DNA from: the human T2T-CHM13v2.0 reference genome, Homo sapiens
Direction: 5' to 3' (one strand)
Length of the DNA stretch: 64,000 bases
NCBI RefSeq assembly: GCF_009914755.1
Contig: NC_060936.1
Position 1 is the stretch's first letter, and every line of letters starts with the position of its first letter. The position numbers and the translations under genes are program-made. The notes beneath the pieces are model-generated. The model ran no database searches. It was given only the letters and a program-made list of their open reading frames with translations, and was not told the DNA's origin. Shown here one piece after another: positions 1 through 12,995 of the stretch.

Positions 1-1749
1 AGATATAGAAGAGGTAAAGACAGTCGCTGAAGGAAAGCACTTTGTACAGCAGGGTAGTACGTTGCCTGCTTCTAACTAACTTCAAGAATGAAATAATTTG
101 TACAGAAATAGTCTTCCAATCTTCTCTCTGTCTCTCTCTCCCTCCTCCCTGCCCCCAATAAATGTTCTGCCTTCTTTGGAGCAATCTATCATTCCAAATG
201 ACATCATTTACAAATATAATATACTATTGTAAGGATATTCTTTAGTTCACAGTCTAGAATGATAGGAAGGGAAGTGTCAGTGTTTACATTTGTGAATTTG
301 TCATACAACCCTTGCTTTATATCATTTTATTTCCTGAAAGAAATTTAAGTTCTAAATAATAGTAAAAAAATTCCGAATTACATGATGACTGTAGCTTTCA
401 TCACTTACTAAATAAATCTCTTCAATAACTGTCCCTAGGGTGCCAATTTCTTTATAAGTCTGGCCTTTGGATACAGCTTGAGTAATGACACTTGTTTTAA
501 TAATCCCTGATAATTGATTATTAGGTAAGAGAAGCCCAGGGAAGCCCACCAGAATGTCAATGAAATAGTTGAATATGGTATTTAAAGGATCTAAATTTTG
601 TTAGAGAATGAAACAAAACACTTCTTCATTACAATATTCCTATTTAAAAATGACTTTTGTTTGTTGTAATGCAACGTTATGTGTATAATTCTGGAAATAG
701 TGTTTTCTAAAGCTACGCATCAGCCTGATAGCATAAAAATTGTTGGCACATTTGAAAAAATAATATACATAAAATTAATTACGTAAAAACAGGGGATTTC
801 ATGGAATTGGAACTAGTTTGTAAGTGGGCTCCATGTCTCCTGTGTAGAGAAAAAAGAGATAAATAAATAAAAAATAAAAATATTAATTTAAGAGACACCC
901 TCCCCAAGACTACTACCCATTTATTTTCTTGTTCGAGAACTGGGCTACCTCTGCTTTTTAAGGCTACCAAGCCTTCTTCAGCCTGACTGGAGCATTCAGG
1001 TCCAAGCTTGTTCTTGATAACATGCTTTGATTTGTTCCACCCCACCTGCACTTCCTAATGATAAAGGACACAAAATCTCTCTAAAGCATCCTTCTAAAAA
1101 TTCTCTGGAAACCCAAGAGGTATCTCACATGTGCTTATGTGCCAACTTTATTCATTGCTTCCTGTGGGCATTTACCATTTCTTCCCTCTTTTGTTCCAGG
1201 CTTTTTCTACTAGAAACTGTGGTGTCTGCTGGGCTTTGACAGCTGTGCTGGGTACTACTGCTGCTTTTGTCAGATTCTACCACTTAACATTGGTCAGGAT
1301 ATAGGATTTGTTCTTCTGATGATCCTGCTCACACTAGCTTGGTGCCTTGGTCTCTTTCTGGACACCACACTCTCTCACTAACATAACGTCTCTGAAGTTC
1401 CCCATAAGGCCCTAGGGCTGCAAGGTTTCCCTTCATTATAAAGTCCAAAGTTCTCCCAAGAGACATATGACCCATAACTGTATTCTCTTGTTGAAAACAT
1501 TTCTGTCTATTCATACTTCTCATGAATCCACAGGAAATGGTGGCAAGATGAAGGGCACTTTGGGTTCCCAACCATTATATACCATTTATTCCTCCCACTG
1601 TTTTTCCTAAGGGACTGAAACAGAGGCTCAGTGTCTTACTTTCCCTGGATTTTATAGGAAGCTGTCCCTAGAGTACAGACTAGAATTATGATATCTTAAG
1701 CTCTTCCTCGACTGCTTTATTTAGAATACCCCCACCCTTAACCATGTCC

Positions 1750-1988
1750 CAACACGATTCCCTTTTCTGCTTGATTTTCCTCCCTAACATCCATTGTTGC
1801 CTGGGATATGATATATTCTACTTAAATATTTGTTTATTGTTTGTTTTTATCACTAGAATGTAAGCAGTAGGAGGTCGGGTTTTTATCTATCTTGCTCACT
1901 GCTCTATCCCTAACACCTAGAGCCATGTCTGGCACACAGTAGGTACTTGATAGTTACTGGATACATAAATATATGAAAGAATAAATGG
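1750..1988 (+). mobile_element. L2 (L2a-like) 3' end
   Basis: cactagaatgtaagc...ctcactgctctatccc...cctagagccatgtctggcacacagtaggtact matches the L2 3' terminus; boundaries approximate. Confidence 0.8.
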
Positions 1989-2219
1989 ACAGATTTTGGA
2001 AGATAGGGTTTAGATCTGTTACTAGGGTTCAAAAATGTGTCTTTGTAGCACCAGAGTTCTCAGTTTAGTAGGTTTTCTAGAGTGAGTAGGGTTTTGAAAT
2101 GATGTGTGTTATCACAATATATTGTTATGAGCGCTTGCTAACGTGTTGGCCAGATGAGGTTAGAATGCATCCTGATAGAGGTAGATGCACAGTGGGAGCA
2201 CAGAGGAAGGTCTCACTGC

Positions 2220-3135
2220 TTATGAGGAGGTGTGGAGAGATGATGCCAGGCATGGATTTATGGAAGAGAAACTGTTTACTTTACATTCTGAAGGAGTTTT
2301 TTTGGCAAAGAAGGACACTCCAGCTGAAGGAAATGAATGGTCAAAAGCATAGATTAGGAAGATTCCAGCATTTGAGGAATATTCTGGCATTTTGGTGCAA
2401 AATGTTTGGGATTGGAGGAGGACAGAGATTCCACATAGGGATGCCTTCTAGGGCATCCTTTGCTCCAAGTGACAATGACAAGGACTGGGATAATAGCAAT
2501 GGGAGGAGAGAGGAGATGAAAGAGTAAATAAATATTTGGGAGGTGGACTTCTTAGGAGTTGATGATTGACTGATGTAAAGAGTAAGTTAAGAGGAGGAGT
2601 GAGGAACGGCAATGCCATTTCTAACGTGAAGAACTGATATACTGGTTTATCCTTAACTGATATGAGTAATACATGGGGTGGCGGGAACAGGGTTGGTGGG
2701 AAAGTGAGGAGGAAGACTTCCATTTCCTGTTAGACATGCCATGCTTGAGATACTGGTGGCTATGCAGAAGGGGGTCCTTGAGCTCAGTGCAAAAGTGGGG
2801 CTGTTGATGCAGATTTGGGTGTCATTGCTGAGAGTATAGGATTTTATCAGCTCTGTTAGATAGAGGATACAAAACAAGCATAAAAGCATCCTAGGTTTCC
2901 AGAATGGAACCCTGAGAGATGTGAATATTAAAGAGAAATCTGTAAAACAGAGGTTGAATACTCACTTTCATCAGAACCAGAGGAGAAGGAAGGGAGGAGG
3001 AATCTTTGAAGAAGGAAGAAATGGTCAACCAGCAAATGCCGCCAAAGTCAAGAGGATAAAGTTAAGCAACTAGAATTTCTTGGTAATCTTTGCAAGAGCC
3101 ATTTCAGTGGAATGCTGAGGGTGAGAAAGCAGGGT
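2220..3135 (-). mobile_element. Degraded L2 internal fragment
   Basis: Purine-rich antisense L2 motifs (tgttagacatg..cttgagat, gagctcag..gtggggctg..gatttgggtgtcat); boundaries approximate. Confidence 0.6.
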
Positions 3136-4059
3136 GAATGCTGTACACTTTATATGAATGCATAAAAGCATCCCCCATTGTACCCTCGGCCCCACCTCTC
3201 CAACCCTTCTCATGGAAACATTCTCAGTCCTGCAGAGTTTGCAATGAGGTGAATTAATTTAGCACCTTGTGCTCAAGTGAAGACTATAATGGTATTCATG
3301 AGTTTACATGATGTGACTGTCAGCCTTTTCCTCTTCCTTTAGCATCCTCACAGGTATTTTTTATATGACTAATGAATATCACTTACTGACCAACATGTAT
3401 TTGAGGAGGTGAGTAAGGTCCAGGAAGTCTTCATTTCTAAAAAGGTCAAAAGTTAATGCTGCAATTACCAGTAACAATCATGCATCTTGAAGTGCCCTTA
3501 ATTTAAGTTTGATACTGTGGTGGTGAGGTCATCTTCTGTCACCTATATAATAAAAAAATGCCTTGATCCTTTCATAAACATAACTTTTCAAAAGCAAAAG
3601 GGCAAAAAAGGCACAAACACTTGTGTATGTCATTGCATATAAAAGACTGAAGGGTCCATAACCAACAGTTAGCAGGAGTAACTCTGGGTAGAGGGTGAGA
3701 TTAGGGGAGGGGTGAAGGGAGAAATTCACTTTTAATGTATCTTCTTCTGCACTGTTTAATGTTTAAATTTTTAAATGGGCATATATTTAGGCATTGCTTG
3801 TGTAATTCTTTGAAAGACATGGCATCTTCTTAGGAGGGAGACTGTGTTTTCCATACTTACCCTCACCCAAAATACTACATAGAGTTTATCATGCCTCTGG
3901 TTTAAACATGATTTCTACTTGTTGATGTTAATCTTAATTATGAGCCTGTTGATGAAGGGGAAAATGTGAGAGAATAACCAAGGATAGAATAAAAATGTCT
4001 ATAAATACCGGGAGCAAAATCGATGCCCTCTTCAGCAGCCAGATGCCCTTTCCACTTCC

Positions 4060-4428
4060 CCAGTGTTGCTCGAATCACTGGGAACTCAGTAGCAGTACAG
4101 ATTCCCAGGTCCCACTCTCCCAAACAGGATTCTCTGAGGAGGAGACAAAGAAACTTGCAGGTTTTAGAGAGCCCCATTGGTAATTTTTTTTTTTTTTTGA
4201 GACAAGGTCTTGCTTTATCACCCAGGTTGGGTGCAGTGGCACAATCATAGCCCACTTTAGCTTTGAACTCCTGAGCTCAAGCAATCCTCCTGCCTCAGCC
4301 TCCTGAGCAGCTGGGACTACAGTTGCACAACACCGTGCCTGAATAAATTTTAACTTTTTTTATGGAGATGGGATCTCACTATCACTGTTGATGATTCTTT
4401 CGCACGTCAGCATTTAAGGGTCACTGGC
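4060..4428. mobile_element. MER5-like hAT-Charlie element split by an Alu
   Basis: gaatcactggga..cagattcccaggtcccac before the Alu and gatgattct..gcac..tttaagggtcactg after it. Confidence 0.45.
4186..4382 (-). mobile_element. AluJ, 5'-truncated
   Basis: poly-T then gagacaaggtcttgct..ctcctgagctcaagcaatcctcctgcctcagcc (J diagnostics). Confidence 0.9.
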
Positions 4429-4916
4429 ACACGTTAAAACTTGGGAATCTGGGGGCCTGAGTTTTAGTCCTGATGCTCACCATTTATGTGGCCTTGGACA
4501 AATTGCTTATTCTTTCAGAGTCATTCCCTTTGAGGATTCTCTGAAGAACTTTTTCTCCAAATCAATCTCATTATCATATTTATATTTATGCCTGGTCCTA
4601 CCAAATAAAAGGAAGCCTTCAATGAAGTTGTGTTTACTGAAGTATATATAAGTTTCAAACTTTCTTTGTCTGAGCCAATCAAACCCTCAGGTACTTATTA
4701 CTGAGGGAGTTCCTGTGCTAATATCATGGGTGTGAGTCATGGGGAGAACCATTGCTAGGGTGGCAAAAACACAGCAATTATAAAAATGTCTCCTGTTTCT
4801 TCCTATTGTGTAAATATTTGGATGTTCAGTGTCTGTAAAATGGCGGAGGCAGGAGATGGTATTAGTGGAGGAGACACGGGGAAGAGAGAGAGACCTGTAA
4901 ACACAAATAAATTCTG

Positions 4917-5191
4917 TTTTTTCATATGTTAGTTGGTTGCTTGTATTTTTTCTTTTAAGAAGTGTCTGTTCATGTCCTTTGCCCAGTCTTTAATGGGATT
5001 TGTTTGTTCTTTCTCATTGAGTTGCATGAGTTCCTTGTAGATTCTGGATATTAGTCCTTTGTTGGAGGTATAATTTGCAAGTATTTTCTTCTATTCTGTA
5101 GGTTTTCTGTTTACTCTGTTAACTATTTCTTTTGCTGTGCAGAAGCTTCTTAGTTTAGTTAAGTCCCATTTGTATATTTTTGTTTTTGTTG
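4917..5191 (-). mobile_element. Old L1 (L1M/L1PB-like) ORF2 3' fragment
   Basis: gaagtgtctgttcatgtcctttgccca..tccttgtagattctggatattagtcc..gctgtgcagaagct is antisense L1 ORF2. Confidence 0.85.
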
Positions 5192-5579
5192 TGGAGGCTT
5201 GCTTTGCTCCTGTTCTGGGACTCTGGGCCGGATTCCCCATCCATTGGCAACCCAGTGATCAAGGGTCAGCCTAGTGAAATGACCTTGGAGTCACGCCCTA
5301 ATGTGAGAAAGCTGGAGCAAGTGGCTGGAAAATTTCAGGACAGAGATTCTCTCCTCTTCTGGCTTTTGCTCCGCCTCTAACCTAGAAAAGAAAAAAAGGA
5401 AGAAGGAGGTGATTTAGTTTGAATATGTGTCCCTGTCAAAATCTCATGTTGAAATGTAATCCCAGTGTTGGGTGGGACCTGTTAGGAAGTGATTGGATCA
5501 TGGTGGGGGTGGGCATTTCTCATGAATGGTTTAGTACCATCCCCTTGGTACTGTCCTCACTGTAGTGAGTGAGTTCTCA

Positions 5580-6830
<1,251 letters not shown>

Positions 6831-8859
6831 AAAAGTGTGAGGCTCCCCCTCTCTTCATCTCTTTCTCTTGCTTTGGCTGTTTGAAGTGCCTGCTCCCACT
6901 TTGCTTTCTGCCATGAATAAAGGCTTCCTGAGGCCTCCTCAGAAGCTGGTGTCATGCTTCCTATATAGCCTGCTGAACTGTGAGCCAATTATAAAGAAAT
7001 TAAGCTTCTTTATAAAATACCCAGTCTCGGGTGTTTCTTTACAGCAATGTGATAATGGACTAACACAGGAGGATTTGCTGTGTTTTTGGTATTTCACTGT
7101 CTAATAATTCATGAGAATTTCTTTTTTCTGTTTTTTTTTTTTGCAGTTGATATGATTATAATCCCAAAAAGTCCAGTCTAGTGACAGAGACAAACATGTA
7201 AACTTATCATTACAAAAAGTGAATAATTTGACAGATATAAGTAGAACCCCATGAGAATGTTTACATTTATTTAAACTTACAGTTAATGACATAAAAGTGT
7301 CATTTTATTGTTATGTATAATACTCTACTGAATTCAGCACAGCCTGGTATATTATACTCACATACACACACACATATGAACACTACCTGGATATTTCCTA
7401 ATGGTATATAGGATAGCAAACTCCCAGTTGTATTTTGCAAGACATTGTGTCCCTTCTTAGCTATGTTTTCTTTTCTTTTCAAGCTCTGGAACTTTTGCCC
7501 TCTCTTTCTTCCTCTGTCCATACTTCCCTTTCATTTTATCTCCTTCAAAAATTAGACATGTCTAATACTGCTGAGCCCCAAGAACACATTTCTATAGATT
7601 GTAGTGATTTCATGCACGTGCAGTAGGAAAACATTTTAACTATTTATGAATTCTGTGGTGAGAGGAGGTTGGGTAAAGCAGAATTCAGTTTTGAGTAGAG
7701 TGAAGACACTTTTTATTTGGGAAAAATGCCTTAACATGGATATTGCTTATGAAAAGGTAAAGTTCAGAGTATGTTGGATGAAAGAGGTTTACACAAAGAA
7801 AAAGAAATTGCTCTGCTCAGTAGTAAAAAGGACAGCATCCATTGACTAAGCAGGTGGTACTGAGAGATTGTTAAGCTAACTAACTCTTTGCTTCCCCTGG
7901 GTGATGGCTGACAGGGGCAAAAGACAAGGTCACTGGGGTATGATAAGAGACAGAGTAAAATACCCTGATTTGCTGAGGTCTGGGATTCAGCCTTAGGGTC
8001 CAGGGGAAAGAGGGAGATGACAACCAGGGAACTTCTGAAAAAAAAAAAAGGCATGGCATGTGACCTTTATTAGTACTAATAATATCTGACCTTAAATGTT
8101 TTTTCTTTGTTGTGATTCCTTTATTGGTACTTAAATTTATAAGTAAGCCTTATTAATCATTGAAGCCTGCTTTAAACTTTGCTGAAGAAAAAAATTTTTA
8201 GGTGGTTTTTTAACCACAATTGTACTCAGCTCACGATGAGTGTAGCTGTTTTCTCTTCTGAGGCTGACAGGAAGGCAGTAGCAGCATGTTTTCAAGAGAT
8301 GCCACCAGTACTTGAATTCTATGAGTTGGCCAGCAACAAAGAAAGTGGCTTGAAAGAGCAAGAAGTGAGTAGTGACACCCAAGGTGGGCGAGTGGAATAT
8401 AAAAGCATTCTCCAGGGTTCTTAGTAAAATTAAGGAAGCGGAATGTGAAAGGAGGCATGCATGACTGCAGTCATGCAGGATGGAGAGCTGAATGATTTTT
8501 ATTTGGAAATTAAAGAAAAGGCCAATTCAAAAGTCCTGAAAACTTGAGGACCCTCAGGTTAGTCATATTATATTCTATCTTTGGAATGCCTTACATTTAT
8601 GAGGATCCATTCTATAAATATGAATGAATGTGGCACCTATACATCCTGTAAGTTAATGTTTTTAAAATTTCCTTAAATTTAGGATTATTTTGTTTGAAGT
8701 TATTTTACATAATGTTATACCCTTTGATATTTGGGGGGGGGGTTAAATTTTATCCAGATATGTAAGACAACTATTGGATTGCAATAAAAAAGATGGGTAA
8801 AGTTGGAGAGACTGCACTTTTAGACGGCATCTAACTATCTTTAAAAAAAATGAATGGAG

Positions 8860-9610
8860 TTTACTTGATTGACAGATCTCCTAAAAGGGAATTTTGATGG
8901 AAAAACAATCTGACTTTGTAAGCAGTGTGTGCTGTTTTCCACTATCACCCTGGAATTCCGCCGTTGATACAATGCCTGCTTTGCAATCCCAGTTTTTTCT
9001 TAGTCGCTGCTTTATTCTTCAGAATTCTCTTCAGATTAACAAATACAAAACCACACTCAGTGACAGTGATTCATGAATAAAAATTTCACAATCCATAGTC
9101 TTTCTACAGCTCTGAATTTTTTTTTCTACTCCTTGAGCTTTTCAGTTTAAAGATAGAGGCACTTCTGGGAAGATTCAAATTACCTTTTGTCTCAAATTGT
9201 TGTCATCAGGTTAAAAATAATCCAATTCATATTGGCCTTTTGCTAGCCCTAACAGTGAGGGTTTTATAGATAATATTCCTTAAGCATAGTTGTTTTTAAT
9301 CTTTTGGGGAAAAAATTCTGTTAGTCAATAGTCTGTTTCCTGGGAATGGAAAGTGAACTTGGGTATTAATTGCGGTTGACACTGCGCACCCTATATCAGT
9401 GATTATATCAGAAGCCAGGGGCCTTAAAGGGAGTTATAAATCGATGCTGCAGGCCTGGCGCCAAGCACAGACAGGGCCTGGCCCTCGGTCGTGACAGATG
9501 TTCCACTATTAAAGTGATTTCTGGATGTTGTGACCTATTACCAGCTCCCCTGCCGTGAGATGCACAGCCAGTATTGAATAAACTTGCCATTAATTTGTCT
9601 TTTGGGCCCA
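8860..9610. promoter_or_regulatory. Candidate developmental enhancer (TALE/HOX motif cluster)
   Basis: No recognisable repeat; TGATTGACAG at 8866-8875; TGACAG abutting TGATTCAT at 9061-9074; TGACAGATG at 9492-9500; 7 CpGs in 9361-9560. Confidence 0.4.
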
Positions 9611-10204
9611 TGACTGAGATGGAATGAAAGAAGTTCCCACTGGCAGGAAGCTTGAAGGAGCATGGACCTCAAAATATGTGGAAATTAGAAAGAGATAATT
9701 AGGAAGAAGGAGATATTGAGAAAGAAAACTTGGGACATAAAGGATTTCCTCAAAAGAGTATCATGATCCTGACAAAGGGAGGCAGCATGGGTGTCACCTG
9801 GGAAAGAAAACATCACAGCAGAAAAATCAATGGGAGTCAGGCTGAGAAAGAAAAGGAGGAAGAACTGGTTGGGAACAGGTAATAGAGAAATCAAGAGGTT
9901 GGGAAAGAAAGCAGGAGTATGCTTAAGAAGCTTTCATTAGAAACCATTTCAAGATCTCCCTAACCCAGAGTATATACTAATGCTTTCCCCATACCTGAAC
10001 TTTTTTTGTAATTTAACCAGCATTCAAAGTAGAGGCATTTCCAATAATAATTAAATTATGTATAAAGACATATTAGGAACATTCACAGAATAAATTTTGT
10101 TATTGGGTATGAAAATCCTTTCCCTCCTACTCATCCAGTTTTCAGGGCCTCATGGAAAAGAGACTCGGATAATTTTCTTAAATCATTATTAAAAAAACAA
10201 ATCC

Positions 10205-10550
<346 letters not shown>

Positions 10551-11874
10551 CTACACTTTTTCTAGCAAGTAATTACTTGGCTAAATAATATTTAAAAGTC
10601 CTAGAGAAGATCAAGTATAAAAGATAATTGAAGATGATTCAGAGAAAAAGATGAACTATTTTTGAAATAATAATTCAAATCTGGGAAGTTCAAGTTAATA
10701 ACCATTTGATATGTGTTTAATTCATCTTCAAAATAATTATTGTAGCTTACCAAATTATCATGGTTGTTTTGAAGTTTTATCTTTTTATTTTTGGCTAACC
10801 AATAGAATAAACTGGAATATGCAAGAATAAAAATAAAAAATAAAAATCAAATCTCGTCCTTTTCTCTTTCGCCGTTAAAGTCTTACATGACGGAGGACCG
10901 AGGGCATTAGAGTTACACTGGTCAGATGTTAGCAAGGAAACCTATAGTAGAGAGGATGAGAACATTTGTGCTGCCCTCTGTTCTACAAGCCTTAATTCAC
11001 TAAGGTTACCATCAGTATTTTTCTTAAGCTGGATTTACTGTGTATATTCAATTTTCAATTAACTGCACAGATGTATTTACTTTATGGATTATCTAAAAGT
11101 CCTTTGAAATTTAATATCCCAATAATATTAGGTAGGGCTTTAAGGTCTGAATTTCCTCCCATTAGGCAGTTGATATGTAATCATGAAGACAGTTGTGATG
11201 AGTATCAGCAGAACATGGCAAAGTTTGACGTGAAAAAACAAAACTCAAACATACAGAATATCTAAAATCAAATAGGGCATGATTTAAGTTCTTGATAGTT
11301 AGACATTATTTCTGCCACTAAAATTATTCCTTCTTATGTGTAGACAACTGTCAGTTCACCAAATTCTGGTGTCTGTGACTCATAGATAAATGAGGAGACT
11401 ATCAAATACTGTAAAATCACTGATAGGTATATTCTTAAGTGGCCAAACATTAGATACTCTTCTAGAATCACTCTTAATCTCATTTTAAAATCAGAGCAGT
11501 AGTAAAAGAAAAAACAATTCCTTCAAAAGCTTCCAGTTTTTTCAACTTATAATATGATGGGTTATAGTATTATAATCACATTTTTGCAAAAATTAGACAA
11601 CTTGTGCCAAGATAAAGATTGTGCAATGCCCTAAGCTATCATAATGCCTTCAGAAGTAAACTTACAACAAATTTTTAAAAACCAACTCTGCAAAGAGTTG
11701 CAAGGCAGAAATTGCAGTGTATTCATTGCAAGGCAGACATTGCAATGTATTCTTTTTTTTCAAGTTAATATAGTTTTTTATTTTGAAAGAGAAGCATATT
11801 CGTATTGAAACCAAATTCTGGTATTTTTAGTAGAATTAACTTTATTGCAGGAGTGCCCAAGTGTGTGGTGTGAC

Positions 11875-11920
11875 TGAGAGAGAGAGAGAGAGAGAGAGAC
11901 AGGCAGAGAGAGTAAGAGAG
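11875..11920. repeat. (GA)n microsatellite
   Basis: Direct dinucleotide run with degenerate right end. Confidence 0.9.
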
Positions 11921-11979
11921 TGCATGAACATAGCAAAATAGAGTCTAAATCTAAAGTCCAAGTGATTCCAAGTAAAGGA

Positions 11980-12150
11980 GTCAGCTTTTTCACATGTGTT
12001 CTGCACATGTACCCTAGAACTTAAAGTATAATAAAAATATATATATATATAAATAGTAATCTTATAAGGTTTTGGAAAGGACAAATAAATTAATACATGT
12101 AAAGGGGCTGGCATAGCACCTGGCTTATAGTAAGCACTCTATGAGAGTGT
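11980..12150 (+). mobile_element. MIR fragment containing a ~40-bp L1PA 3'-end stub (11998-12035)
   Basis: MIR tail taatacatgtaaag..gcacctggcttatagtaagcactc; stub gttctgcacatgtaccctagaacttaaagtataataaaaa. Confidence 0.7.
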
Positions 12151-12490
12151 GTTATCATTACCTTCCATGAAGTCCAGTTTGGTAATACAAATATTTACTT
12201 CACCCAGTGAGATAACATATACAACGTATTCTTGATAGACATTCAATACATAGCTTAGGGAATATAAAAAGAATACATTTTTATTTGTATTTTGGAATAA
12301 AATCTAAGAAACAGCTCATAGTGTTTTAATTGATTGTTCTTGGTTGATATCAAAAAAGCCTTCTTGACTGCTTTTGTTAACTACATTTATAATAGATAGC
12401 AATAGTATCTGAAGTCTTTTCATGTTGTAATCTGGGCTGTGGTTGGGTCTCCCTAAAAATTTGTTTGGTTGCTCTTGTACTTGAGATCAA

Positions 12491-12876
12491 TGTGATGGTT
12501 AATGTTATATGTCAACTTGACTGGGTTACGGGGTGCCCAGATATTTGGTTAAATGTTATTCTGTGTGTGCATATGTAAGATAATTCTGGATGAGATTAAC
12601 ATCTGAATCTGCAAAATGAATCATGCAAATTGGCCTCCCCTATATGGGTGGTCTCATCCAATCCATTGAAGGCCTAAATAGAACAAAAAGGCTGAGGAAA
12701 GGAAAATTTGCTCTCTCTGCCTGATGGTCTTGAGCTGGAATTATGGTCTTCTCCTGGCTTTAGACTTGAACTAGAACTACACCATCACCTCCCCTGGGTC
12801 TCTAGGTAGCTGACTGCAGATCTTGGGAATTCTCTCAGCCTCTTTATTGGTGTGAGCCACTTCCTTGTAATAAATC

Positions 12877-12909
<33 letters not shown>

Positions 12910-12995
12910 AATGTGTGTTGTGTATATTTGTGTTATACACACACATGTTATGTATCCATTCAGTTCTGTTTCTCTGGAGAATCATGACTAATACA
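12491..12995 (+). mobile_element. MLT2-family LTR (ERVL) with internal (TG)n
   Basis: Starts tgtgatggttaatgttatatgtcaacttgactggg; ends ttctgtttctctggagaatcatgactaataca. Confidence 0.9.

Noticed and set aside
352-549. Short minus-strand ORF and a nearby plus-strand ag/gtaaga motif
   Set aside because: No homology recognised; the plus frame after ccctag stops before the donor-like site
2099-2527. 142-aa ORF
   Set aside because: Overlaps a degraded L2; no coding signature
8179-8424. ORF MSVAVFSSEADRKAVAACFQEMPP.. with a GAA/gtgagt donor-like site at 8364/8365
   Set aside because: No recognisable protein family, weak acceptor and no partner exons. It could be a lncRNA exon, but sequence alone cannot support that.
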